Assembly: GCA_963801165.1 (NCBI GenBank)
Contig: CAWDDT010000004.1
Span: 448,001-512,000, forward strand
DNA: 64,000 nucleotides
Direction: 5' to 3'
Source: an uncultured bacterium
GTDB taxonomy: Bacteria > Actinomycetota > Acidimicrobiia > Spongiisociales > UBA5794
Part shown: positions 20,690-29,194 of the stretch, in pieces
Layout of the letters: each line of letters opens with the position of its first letter
Numbering within the stretch: the first letter of the stretch is position 1
Position numbers and translations under genes: made by a program
The notes under the pieces: model-generated
Database searches by the model: none
What the model was told of the DNA's origin: nothing
Seen by the model: the letters and a program-made list of their open reading frames with translations, nothing else

Positions 20690-20878
20690 TCATCGGTCGG
20701 CCCTCTTCTGGTTCTCGATCCACTCCGCGACGTCGGTCCACTGGTAGCGGATGTGCCTTCCCACACGGAACCCACGTGGTCCTTCCCGGCGATACCTCCA
20801 CTGATACAGCGTCGTCGCCGGAACGCCGAGATAAGCGGCGAGGTCGTGCACGGTGAGCAGCCGGTCGCGAGGTGTCAT
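20690..20878 (-). CDS. Excisionase/AlpA-type HTH protein
   Basis: LLTVHDLAAYLGVPATTLYQWR..GPRGFRVGRHIRY. Confidence 0.9.
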   Translation of the reverse strand: MTPRDRLLTVHDLAAYLGVPATTLYQWRYRREGPRGFRVGRHIRYQWTDVAEWIENQKRADR

Positions 20879-20910
20879 GACCCAATCGTCTGCTCCGACC
20901 CTGTCATCAG

Positions 20911-21047
20911 CCTGTTATTTCGTTGCACCTGGACCTGTCATTGGGTCGGAAACGCTGATTTGGCGGGCGAATTCGACGGGTGGGCCTTTTCGTTATCGCG
21001 GCCGGCTGGGACCCCAATGACAGGGTAGATGGCAACGAAATAACAGG
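20911..21047. repeat. Long imperfect inverted repeat (oriT or regulatory candidate)
   Basis: cctgttatttcgttgc..cctgtcattgggtc (20911-20947) versus gaccccaatgacagg..gcaacgaaataacagg (21010-21047). Confidence 0.7.
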
Positions 21048-21230
21048 GTCGGCACGTCTACTCACGGGTATGAGACCGCCGACAGGCCCCAACCATCGCC
21101 GAAGATCCCGCTACGGCAATCCTCAAGCCGACACGACCATGGTCGCCGCCACGGCACTGGTACCGCTTCGACTGTACCGACGGCCTGATCGACACACGCA
21201 TCTGCAACCAGTTGCTTCAGGTGGTGTTCC

Positions 21231-23975
21231 GTGTTGAGTCTGGCGAAGGCGGTCAAGGACTACTACCTGCAGAAGCTGGGTGAGATCTCACCACGGGAGG
21301 ACTACTACCTACGGGGCGGTACGGCGACCGGTCGTTGGTGCGGCTCGGGAGCCGCCGAACTCGGTCTCACGGGTGCCGTGTCGGCGGAGGGTTTGGTGCG
21401 GCTGTTTGACGGGAACCATCCCGACACGGGCGAACAGCTGGGTCGCCGTCTCCGTGAAGACGGGGTGGCGGCGTGGGATGTGACCTTCTCGGCGGACAAA
21501 TCGGTGTCGCTGTTGTGGGCGTTGGGTGACGAACTGACCCGCAAGGAAGTCGTCGAGGCGTTCGAGGAAGCAACGTCACAAGCATTCGAGTATCTGGAGT
21601 CGGTAGCCTCATTCACTCGCGGCGCCACCAAGACACCGATCACCGACGAGAACGGGAACCCGGTCCGTGGCCCGAATGGTCGGCTGAGGTATCGGGTGGA
21701 GACCTGGCCGATAGCGACATCGGGGTATGTGGCGGCGGCGTTCACCGAGTACACGTCACGGGCCGACGACCCACAACTGCACACCCATGTCGTCGTTGCC
21801 AACAAGGTCAAAGGCGCCGATGGGGTGTGGCGCACCATCGACGGCCGCCTGTTGTATCGGCATCAGCTCGCCGCCGGCTACCTGCACGAGGCGGTACTAC
21901 GTCGCGAGTTGACCCAGCGGTTGGGGGTGCGGTGGCAGCCGATACACCACGGTGTCGCCGACATTGCCGGGTTCACCCTTGGCCAGATCGAGGCGTTCTC
22001 GCAGCGGCGCCGACAACTCGAAACCTGGCGACAGGAAGAGAGTCTTCCGGATACGGCGGCGGCGCGGCAGGTAGCGGTGATCGCTACCCGCACCGCCAAG
22101 ACCAACCGCTCTCTCGACGAGCTGGAAGAGGTCTGGCAGCGACGAGCCGTAGAGGTCGGTCTCACCCCAGAGAGGATCGGTCGGATTGTCAATCGGAGCA
22201 TGGAGGTCACGTCACCCGACCGTGAAGCACTGTTTGCGGACCTGGCATCACCAGACGGGCTCACCGCACACAAGTCGACATTCGCCGTACCAGAGGTCAT
22301 CCAACATGTCGCCGCTGCACTCCCCGAGGGAGGCACCCGGACCGAGATCGAAGCCCTCGCCGACACATTCCTGAAGGGCAGCGACATCATTCCGCTCCTC
22401 CCCAGCCCGCAACTCGAACCCCCAGCTCAAGCCGGAACGAACTCGCTTGCCGAGCCGAACGGCCGACAGCTCGTCGATGAGGCACGGGTGCCTGTGATGC
22501 GTACCCGTCGCGGTGAACCGTTCCCCGCACCGACCCTGCCCAGCTACACCACCGCCGAGCTCCTGGCCACCGGGCAGCGGATCGTCGACTACGCAATGGC
22601 CGGCGTCGGTCAGGGTCGTTGGCAGGCACCGCACCGGCTCGTTGAAACGTGGCTACGCAACAGACCGGAACTCACCGACGGGCAACGCCAGATTGTGCGC
22701 AGCTTCGCAACCTCCGGCAACACCGTCGATATCGGTATCGGTCCTGCCGGCAGTGGCAAGACCGCCGTTGTCGCCGTCGTCAACCAACTCGCCCAACTCA
22801 CCAGACGACCCATCATCGGAGCTGCCCTCGCCGCTCGCACCGCATCCGGCCTCCAAACCGACACCGGCGTCCCCTCCACCACCCTCGCCCGACTCCTCAG
22901 CCGAGCCCAACACGGATCCAGTCTTCCTACCGGTGTGGTGGTGGTCGTCGACGAAGCTGGCATGGTCGGCACCCGGCAGCTCGCTGCCGTCGTCGATCTT
23001 GTCGACCAAGCAGATGGCAAACTGGTCCTGGTCGGGGATGACAAGCAACTCCCCGAGATCGACGCCGGCGGTCTGTTCCGTGCCCTCGCCATGAGGCTGC
23101 CAGCCGTCGAACTCACCGACAATGTGCGTCAGCAGGCGGCCTGGGAACGCCAAGCACTCGACGAGCTCCGCAACGGATCCGTACAACAGGCAATGCAGGC
23201 CTATGTCGAGCATCGGCGTCTCGTCCTCGGCCGCAACCGTACCGATGCGGTCACCAGAGCCTGTGCTGACTGGTATCGGTACGTCCGGTCATCCGGCGAG
23301 ATAGGTTCGGCGCTGCTCATCGCCCACGACAACGACACCGTCACCCAACTCAACGAAAAGGCACGACAGCACCTCGCCGCCTCCGGGCACCTCCACGGAC
23401 CCACACACCAAGCGGCAGGCATCGTGCTCCAGGCTGGTGACCGGATCCTCTGCCGCCGAAACCGATATGAGCTCGATGTCCTCAACGGCGACCTCGGCAC
23501 CATCACCGTCGTAGACCAGGATGCGGGAACGGTCACCGTCCGTCTCGACCGAGACCCCGAAACCCGAGAGCTACCGGACTGGTATCTCAACGACGCGAAA
23601 GTCGGCTACGGATACGCCCTCACCGCCCACAAAGCCCAAGGCATCACAACCGGGCGCACCTTCACCGTCATCACCGGAACCACCGACCGGGAATGGGCCT
23701 ACGTCGCCCTCAGCAGAGGCCGCAACGCCAACACCCTCTACCTCGCATCTCCCGAACCCGGCCACCAGGAATGCTCCCACCTCACCCACCAGACACGGCA
23801 GCAGAGAGCTGATGCTCCTTGTGCATTCCTCACCCGCAGCAGGGCACAGATCGCGGCTACCGACAGAGAAGAACCGCGAGGGGCAGGTCTCTTCGTTGTT
23901 GTTGGCCACGACGGGGCAACCTGTGCGCGCCGGTTGACACAGTCCCGCCCAGGGTTGCCGGTCTTCGGTTGGTAG
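21231..23975 (+). CDS. MobF/TrwC family relaxase-helicase
   Basis: DYY..DYY tyrosines, DVTFSADKSVS, SRADDPQLHTH, GPAGSGKT, VVDEAGM, YALTAHKAQG. Confidence 0.93.
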   Translation: MLSLAKAVKDYYLQKLGEISPREDYYLRGGTATGRWCGSGAAELGLTGAVSAEGLVRLFDGNHPDTGEQLGRRLREDGVAAWDVTFSADKSVSLLWALGDELTRKEVVEAFEEATSQAFEYLESVASFTRGATKTPITDENGNPVRGPNGRLRYRVETWPIATSGYVAAAFTEYTSRADDPQLHTHVVVANKVKGADGVWRTIDGRLLYRHQLAAGYLHEAVLRRELTQRLGVRWQPIHHGVADIAGFTLGQIEAFSQRRRQLETWRQEESLPDTAAARQVAVIATRTAKTNRSLDELEEVWQRRAVEVGLTPERIGRIVNRSMEVTSPDREALFADLASPDGLTAHKSTFAVPEVIQHVAAALPEGGTRTEIEALADTFLKGSDIIPLLPSPQLEPPAQAGTNSLAEPNGRQLVDEARVPVMRTRRGEPFPAPTLPSYTTAELLATGQRIVDYAMAGVGQGRWQAPHRLVETWLRNRPELTDGQRQIVRSFATSGNTVDIGIGPAGSGKTAVVAVVNQLAQLTRRPIIGAALAARTASGLQTDTGVPSTTLARLLSRAQHGSSLPTGVVVVVDEAGMVGTRQLAAVVDLVDQADGKLVLVGDDKQLPEIDAGGLFRALAMRLPAVELTDNVRQQAAWERQALDELRNGSVQQAMQAYVEHRRLVLGRNRTDAVTRACADWYRYVRSSGEIGSALLIAHDNDTVTQLNEKARQHLAASGHLHGPTHQAAGIVLQAGDRILCRRNRYELDVLNGDLGTITVVDQDAGTVTVRLDRDPETRELPDWYLNDAKVGYGYALTAHKAQGITTGRTFTVITGTTDREWAYVALSRGRNANTLYLASPEPGHQECSHLTHQTRQQRADAPCAFLTRSRAQIAATDREEPRGAGLFVVVGHDGATCARRLTQSRPGLPVFGW

Positions 23976-24081
23976 GCGACGTGGCAAGGTTGATGGCGCG
24001 CTGAGGTGTGCTCGAGCACCGGTGCCACCGTGCCATGTGCGACACTGACGTCGGTCGACGCTTGGCACCGGCGGGTGCCTG

Positions 24082-24882
24082 CTATTGGTCGGTGAGGACG
24101 CAGAGCGCGAACGGGTAACCGTCGATGAGTTCGGCGGGTCCGAGGACGTCCGGGCAACGGTGGGTCCACTCGTCGATCGTGTCCTCGTAGCCGGGTGGTG
24201 CAGGGCCGTTGTTGACCATACCCCAGGAGGTCCAGAGACGTTGTGAACAGCTGAAACCACCGTCGGCGGTCGCGACGTCTATGCCGCCGTCTTCGGTATA
24301 GACGGTGAAGTTCATCGTGGCAGCCAGTTCGTCGGCGATACCGCTTGTCGAGACGATCAGCGAGCGGAGCACGAAGCTTTCGTCGCGGCTGGCCCGATCC
24401 GTCAGGTAAGCGGCCAGAGTGGCCCTGTCGAACGACTCGGGTTGGATTCGGGGCTGGCTGTCACCTGTGATGGAGAAGAACAGGAACCCGCTCTCCGCGA
24501 TCTGGCTCTCGGCGGCGGCCGGATCCGAGGTCAAGTCTGACAGGAGCCGCTGCGACGATTCAGCCACCGTAGTGGCATCACATTCGCTCGACGCAGGAGC
24601 GGCTGAGACCGGTGCCGACGTGGTGACGACAGTCGTGTTGGCCGACATTGTGGTCGCGGTCGGTCCAGTCGTGGTGGTCGCAGATGTGGCGCCTGCGGAT
24701 CGAGGCAGCTCAGCCGTGTGCGTAATCCAGAGCATCGAGCCAACGAGCGCGACTGTCACGAACGCGGCAAGTGCGAATACCTTCAACCGTCCTCTCGCAT
24801 GGGGTGGCTGCGGTACCGGTACATCCTCGAGCCGTGCGTTGAGACGAGATCCCGCCCGAAGTAGTTCATCGTCGAGGCTCAT
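24082..24882 (-). CDS. Single-pass membrane protein, putative anti-sigma factor
   Basis: Short cytoplasmic N-terminus, TM helix, Thr-rich linker; overlaps sigma factor 3' end. Confidence 0.6.
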   Translation of the reverse strand: MSLDDELLRAGSRLNARLEDVPVPQPPHARGRLKVFALAAFVTVALVGSMLWITHTAELPRSAGATSATTTTGPTATTMSANTTVVTTSAPVSAAPASSECDATTVAESSQRLLSDLTSDPAAAESQIAESGFLFFSITGDSQPRIQPESFDRATLAAYLTDRASRDESFVLRSLIVSTSGIADELAATMNFTVYTEDGGIDVATADGGFSCSQRLWTSWGMVNNGPAPPGYEDTIDEWTHRCPDVLGPAELIDGYPFALCVLTDQ

Positions 24883-25426
24883 CCTCGTTACCTCCTATTC
24901 CGAGACGCTTCGCCAATGTCTGCTTGGCGCGGCTGAGATGGGTCTTGACTGTTTCGTCGGAACAACCCAACACCTCGGCCACTTCTCGCCGAGACATTCC
25001 GCCCAGATACACGAGTGCCACTGCCTGCGCCTGTCGGTGAGGCAACCGCCGAACCTCACGCCATAGGTCAAGCCGGGCTTCAATGTCCAGCCCTGGATAG
25101 CTCGTGGGCGTGGAAGCGAGACGTAGCAGTGCACGAGCCCGGGACCTAGCTCGACGCAACCACGAAACCGAGCTGTTCGTCACCACCGTTCGTACCCACG
25201 CACCCGGATTATCCATCTGACACACCCTGTGCCAATTGCGGAGCGTCGCCACAAACGCTTCCTGCGCCAACTCTTCGGCCACGGCTTGGTCGCCCGAGAG
25301 CACGATTGCCAGCCCCAGCACCTGGCGGTACTGGCGGCGATAAAACGTCTCGAAACTCTCGCTAGCTCTCACCAGCGGCAGGTCATTCACCCGACTCAAC
25401 TCACTCCATGTCCGAATCGTTGCCAC
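24866..25426 (-). CDS. ECF sigma-70 factor
   Basis: AEELAQEAF (region 2); LPHRQAQAVAL..VAEVLGCSDETVKTHLSRA (region 4). Confidence 0.93.
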   Translation of the reverse strand: MATIRTWSELSRVNDLPLVRASESFETFYRRQYRQVLGLAIVLSGDQAVAEELAQEAFVATLRNWHRVCQMDNPGAWVRTVVTNSSVSWLRRARSRARALLRLASTPTSYPGLDIEARLDLWREVRRLPHRQAQAVALVYLGGMSRREVAEVLGCSDETVKTHLSRAKQTLAKRLGIGGNEDEPRR

Positions 25427-25433
25427 GCCTAAT

Positions 25434-25464
25434 AAAACGCATCAGCGACATCATTTGGGGGACA
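25434..25464 (-). promoter_or_regulatory. Putative ECF-type promoter TGTCCCCC-N17-CGTT
   Basis: Directly upstream of sigma GTG; conserved in second copy at 54661-54690. Confidence 0.55.
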
Positions 25465-25602
25465 TCATCGCGAAAGAAGGCCAGAAGCCGGCTTGCGGGA
25501 TCTGCTACCGCTGCGCCACCTACAGGCGATGCACCCAATGACCGGGCTAGCTACCCAACACACCGCGCCAGTTCGTCGGCCAGTAGCATCTCTCCGCTGC
25601 GG

Positions 25603-25625
25603 GCTTGGGCCGCACCTGGGCCGCA
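25603..25625. repeat. Arm-type integrase site candidate (copy 2)
   Basis: Identical to 19553-19575. Confidence 0.7.
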
Positions 25626-25729
25626 ACGGACGTGAGAACATGAGAAATGATGAAAGACGATGAGAGGCGAAATCGCCCGGAAAATCAGGCTTTCCGCCGG
25701 TTTGCCCTGGTAGACAAAGACCCCCAAAA

Positions 25730-25771
25730 CGGTTTAGGAAACCGGTGCTCTATCCCCTGAGCTACGAGGGC
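25730..25771 (-). repeat. 5'-half copy of tRNA-Arg(CCT) (att junction)
   Basis: Exact match to 19437-19478, ends at the anticodon arm. Confidence 0.95.
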
Positions 25772-25777
25772 GAAATG

Positions 25778-25930
25778 TCAAGAATAGCCCGAAAAATCAG
25801 CCTTTCCGGGATCCACGGGCAGGTCCACAACATCGTCGGATATGCCCCTGGGCCGCACCATAACGAGCATCCATCGACTCTGCTAGGCAATCCAGGCCAC
25901 CTTCGAACAGGTGTGCCAACCGACCTAGAG
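25778..25930 (-). pseudogene. Decayed C-terminus of an older copy of the integrase
   Basis: AHLFEGGLDCLAESMDARYGAAQ versus AHLFEDDLDSLAESMDARYSAAQ in the intact integrase. Confidence 0.85.
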
Positions 25931-26000
25931 TGGCCCGGGAACCGTCGGCGGCTATCGGATCGTCCAAGTCACCGAGAGAACTCGCCCGGGGGTACACAGA

Positions 26001-26885
26001 ATGAACCGGTCCGTCCCTGTCCTCATCGTCGTGGCGCTTCTGATCGGTGGCTGCGTGGATTCGCGTCCAGAACAGGCGAACGACACCGGCTCCGGCGTAA
26101 CGGTGTCCGCATTGCAGGCTCCGCACGTCACCGACTCGGGCGATCAGAAACCGCCGCCCCTCGAGATTGGCACGTCGGCCGAGCGAGTCGAGGTACCGGG
26201 ATATGACTACACCTGGGGTGCCGACGATTCGGAGATGGGTGTTTCTGCCGACTCGTTTGGTCGCGAGGAGCCAACCCCGCTAACGGTCGATACCTCGACA
26301 GTCCCGGTGCAATGGATAGACGGGGCGGTATTGTCGGCGTCGGTGTCGCTCGAAGGGGATAAGTGTGACACCCCGCTGCTCGAGCCTTCCGGGCCGGGCG
26401 AATGGGTTCTTGCCATGCCGCCGGCTCCCGGTACCTACCGGGTCGGGTTCTATGGCACGTCAGGTCGGTGGAAGAGTCTATTTGCCATCATGTTGACCTC
26501 GACGGTGGAAGGCCCGCCCCTGACACCGCACGCAGAGGTGTGGTGGCCCGACACGATCGACCGGTTCCAGCCGTACGTAGAGATCGCCGGTCCGCCAGAC
26601 AACGCAACCATGACGCTGAGGGTCTCGGCGACGGGCGCCGATGCGACGACTCTCGTACTTGACCGGGTACCGCCGAGCGAGCACCCCCAAAGTTGTCCTC
26701 CGACGTTCCGTATCGGCGACGAGACTCCCTTCTCACGCAACACGGAGCTACCCGGAAACCCTCCGTACACCATCTCCCTCCTTGTCGAATCCCCTGAAGG
26801 TGATTATGAGGCGAGCTGGCGCTGGCCCGACGACCTCAACCCAACTGGCAAACTCGTGGGATCGATGACAGAGACATCGAGCTGA
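26001..26885 (+). CDS. Lipoprotein of unknown function
   Basis: Signal peptide with lipobox LIGGC; Pro/Thr-rich. Confidence 0.7.
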   Translation: MNRSVPVLIVVALLIGGCVDSRPEQANDTGSGVTVSALQAPHVTDSGDQKPPPLEIGTSAERVEVPGYDYTWGADDSEMGVSADSFGREEPTPLTVDTSTVPVQWIDGAVLSASVSLEGDKCDTPLLEPSGPGEWVLAMPPAPGTYRVGFYGTSGRWKSLFAIMLTSTVEGPPLTPHAEVWWPDTIDRFQPYVEIAGPPDNATMTLRVSATGADATTLVLDRVPPSEHPQSCPPTFRIGDETPFSRNTELPGNPPYTISLLVESPEGDYEASWRWPDDLNPTGKLVGSMTETSS

Positions 26886-26988
26886 CATGACATCCGACAC
26901 CAATTTCCCCCGTTCGACCATCCGCGGCAGATTCTTCGGGCTCTCCGTTGTAGACGAAACGCCCCAACGCGGTCGACGAAACGGCGCC

Positions 26989-27032
26989 AACGCCGCCGGA
27001 TCGCATAGACCGCCGGGTTGTCTCCGCGTGGC
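26989..27032. repeat. 44-bp direct repeat, copy 1
   Basis: aacgccgccggatcgcatagaccgccgggttgtctccg(c/a)gtggc, also at 55627-55670. Confidence 0.85.
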
Positions 27033-27522
27033 CCGCCACCGAACTCCCATTCGACCATCCGCTGCAGTGGTGGCCTCTACGTGGCTGCGAACCCGCGAGG
27101 TCCAGCCGTTGTCAAACACGGATTCCTCGTCGACCTCGACGCTTGACTGCACCCACATCGCCCTGCGTTTTATACGTCGCGAATGTAGATGTAGGAACTC
27201 GTCCGTTGAGCGCCCAAGGTCGCGAGCGGGCAGCTGCATCGACCGGTATCGCTCCCTCGCGATGTCGCTGTCGACCGCTTACAGGAGAATCTCCAGGTCT
27301 CGTCGAATGGCGGAGGCCGCCTCCCGGAAGTGGGCCGCGACCTCAAGGAGCGCGGTGGGATGTGATCCCGGTTGGCTGACCCAGTTTCTCGAACGCTGCC
27401 CGGCAGAGTTCAACGCCTTGTGTGTGCATCACTCGATCCGGATCGCAAATCGATCGCCCAGGAGAATACGAGCCAATAGGGATCCAGAGCGCTAGCCGCG
27501 TCGCAGAATCGCCTCCGCCAGG

Positions 27523-28529
27523 TCATCCGGCATTTGGATCGTCTCCATCCATCCTGCCGGCGCCAAGTCGTCCGGGCACGAAGGCCTCGTCAAGTTCCAC
27601 GATCGCTCCACCGCAATCAGCGGCCTCGAGAAGCTCCAAAGCGGCATTGAGAACGGCGGTCTGACGCAACCTGTCTCGTGGTGCGCCCATCGGTCGGCCC
27701 ATCGGGTGGCGGGTGATCACCGTCCGGGGTACCCCCATCGTCTGCGCCAAGTGGCGGAAGGACCGAACGAACACCGACACAGTGGGGATACCGCTGGCTT
27801 CGATTGCTCGCGCGACGTGTCCGACCGACACGTGGCATGCTGGTCAGACGGGTACCAGTAAGACCGCGTCGATCTGATCACGACCGAGGATGGCGGCCCA
27901 TTCATCTGCCGCCTTCTTGACCCGGCCCTGGGCGGCTGCTCCCGTGAAGGAATAGAGTGTTTCGGCAACGCTGCCGATCCTTCCCGCGGCCTCCGCTTCG
28001 AGAATACGATCGAGGGGAAACGTCACATTCGGATCGTGCCTGACGGATCGAACATCGTACCCACCATGACGTACGACCAGGTCCGCGGTCGGGGTGTCCG
28101 CGGAATTGCCGAAAGCGTTGGTGCTGCCCGCAGGAAGTCCGTAATCCGGTCCTCCGCTTCTTGCTGGGTCATCCCCTTGACTCCGAACGGTTCGGGATCA
28201 CGGCCCACGACGAAGTGCCCACTGGAAGTCAACAGACCGAGTTTCGACTCGGGGAGGGATTTGCGTAGGGGGGCGAACGGTCGATCATCGTAGCTCCAGC
28301 GTGGCTCGGTGCCGGGTCGCGGGGAGTAGGCGGCCACTTCGGTCTCGTACACCAGTTGCACGACGGGTCGAACGTCGCCCGTATCGTAAGCCGCTCCCAC
28401 CTCCCGGAATAGCCGCTGAATGAACTCCGTCGCGGCCTCGTCGGTCATCGACTTCAAGAACTTGAAGGAGAGGTCCGACCGGGATCCGTAGAAGAAGGAC
28501 TGTCGGAACTCTTCCAGCGATTCCGACAT
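27523..28529 (-). CDS. Glycine/sarcosine/betaine reductase selenoprotein B-like protein (Sec at 27844-27846; frameshift near 28095)
   Basis: LGLLTSSGH, HGGYD..DPNVTFPLD, DAVLLVPV-U-PACHVSVGHVARAIEASGIPTV; SECIS-like hairpin after UGA. Confidence 0.82.
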
Positions 28530-28534
28530 CAGGC

Positions 28535-29194
28535 TCAGGTTGCTTCCGTGAGCGCCTCAGCGCGGGCAGCGACTGCAGCGCTGGTGAGCTCCTCGATTTG
28601 GGACCACGCCTCATCGACAAGAAGCTGTTTGGGAGCAATCCAACTTCCACCGATTGCAGCTATTCCGGGGACTCGCCAGTAGGACGGTGCTCGCTGAGCA
28701 TTGATGCCGCCCGTAGGTATGAACTCGACGCCCAGGTGCCGATACGGACCGAGGAGAGCCTTGATCATGGATGGGCCGCCCATGGCTTCGGCAGGGAAAT
28801 ACTTGAGCAACTTGCACTCAGCCGAGAGCGCGGTCTCGATATCAGTGGGAGTGGCGACGCCCGGCCAGAACGGCATGCCTGCTTTGGTAGCGGTTGTCAC
28901 AACGGACCGATTGAAGCCGGGGGAAACACCGAATTGCGCACCGGCGGCCACGGCGGCGGTTGCCTGCTCGGGCGTGGTGATGGTTCCGGCTCCGACGAGC
29001 ATCTCCGGCAGATTGCTACGGATGGCTGCGATTGCCTCGGATGCGCCTGCCGTCCTGAAGGTGATCTCGATCACATCGAGCCCGCCGCGAAGCAACGCCC
29101 TGGCGAGAGGGAGCGCGAGGGACGGTGCCGGAAGTGCCACTACTGGCACCAGGCCGGCTCGGCGTATCCGCTGCTCTACTTCATCGTGCGACAC
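28535..29194 (-). CDS. eda: KDPG/KHG aldolase
   Basis: IEITFRT, GAGT, VSPG, LKYFPAE, FIPTGGI. Confidence 0.93.
   Translation of the reverse strand: MSHDEVEQRIRRAGLVPVVALPAPSLALPLARALLRGGLDVIEITFRTAGASEAIAAIRSNLPEMLVGAGTITTPEQATAAVAAGAQFGVSPGFNRSVVTTATKAGMPFWPGVATPTDIETALSAECKLLKYFPAEAMGGPSMIKALLGPYRHLGVEFIPTGGINAQRAPSYWRVPGIAAIGGSWIAPKQLLVDEAWSQIEELTSAAVAARAEALTEAT

Larger units (their letters stand above)
19437..25729. mobile_element. 6.3-kb integrative mobilizable element on the 5' side of tRNA-Arg(CCT)
   Basis: 80-bp direct repeat 19437-19516 / 25730-25809 (1 mismatch); int, xis, MobF relaxase; identical 23-bp arm-like sites. Confidence 0.88.

Noticed and set aside
19485-20885. 466-aa integrase or a programmed xis-int fusion
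   Set aside because: The N-terminal extension is a low-complexity frame overlapping the real xis; the integrase-like sequence starts at 20633 and no slippery site was seen
19437-25729. Prophage or self-transmissible ICE
   Set aside because: No structural, packaging, T4SS or FtsK/TraB genes within the att-bounded unit
27035-27500. Coding gene between the 44-bp repeat and the selenoprotein
   Set aside because: No ORF with recognisable motifs on either strand; probably degraded sequence
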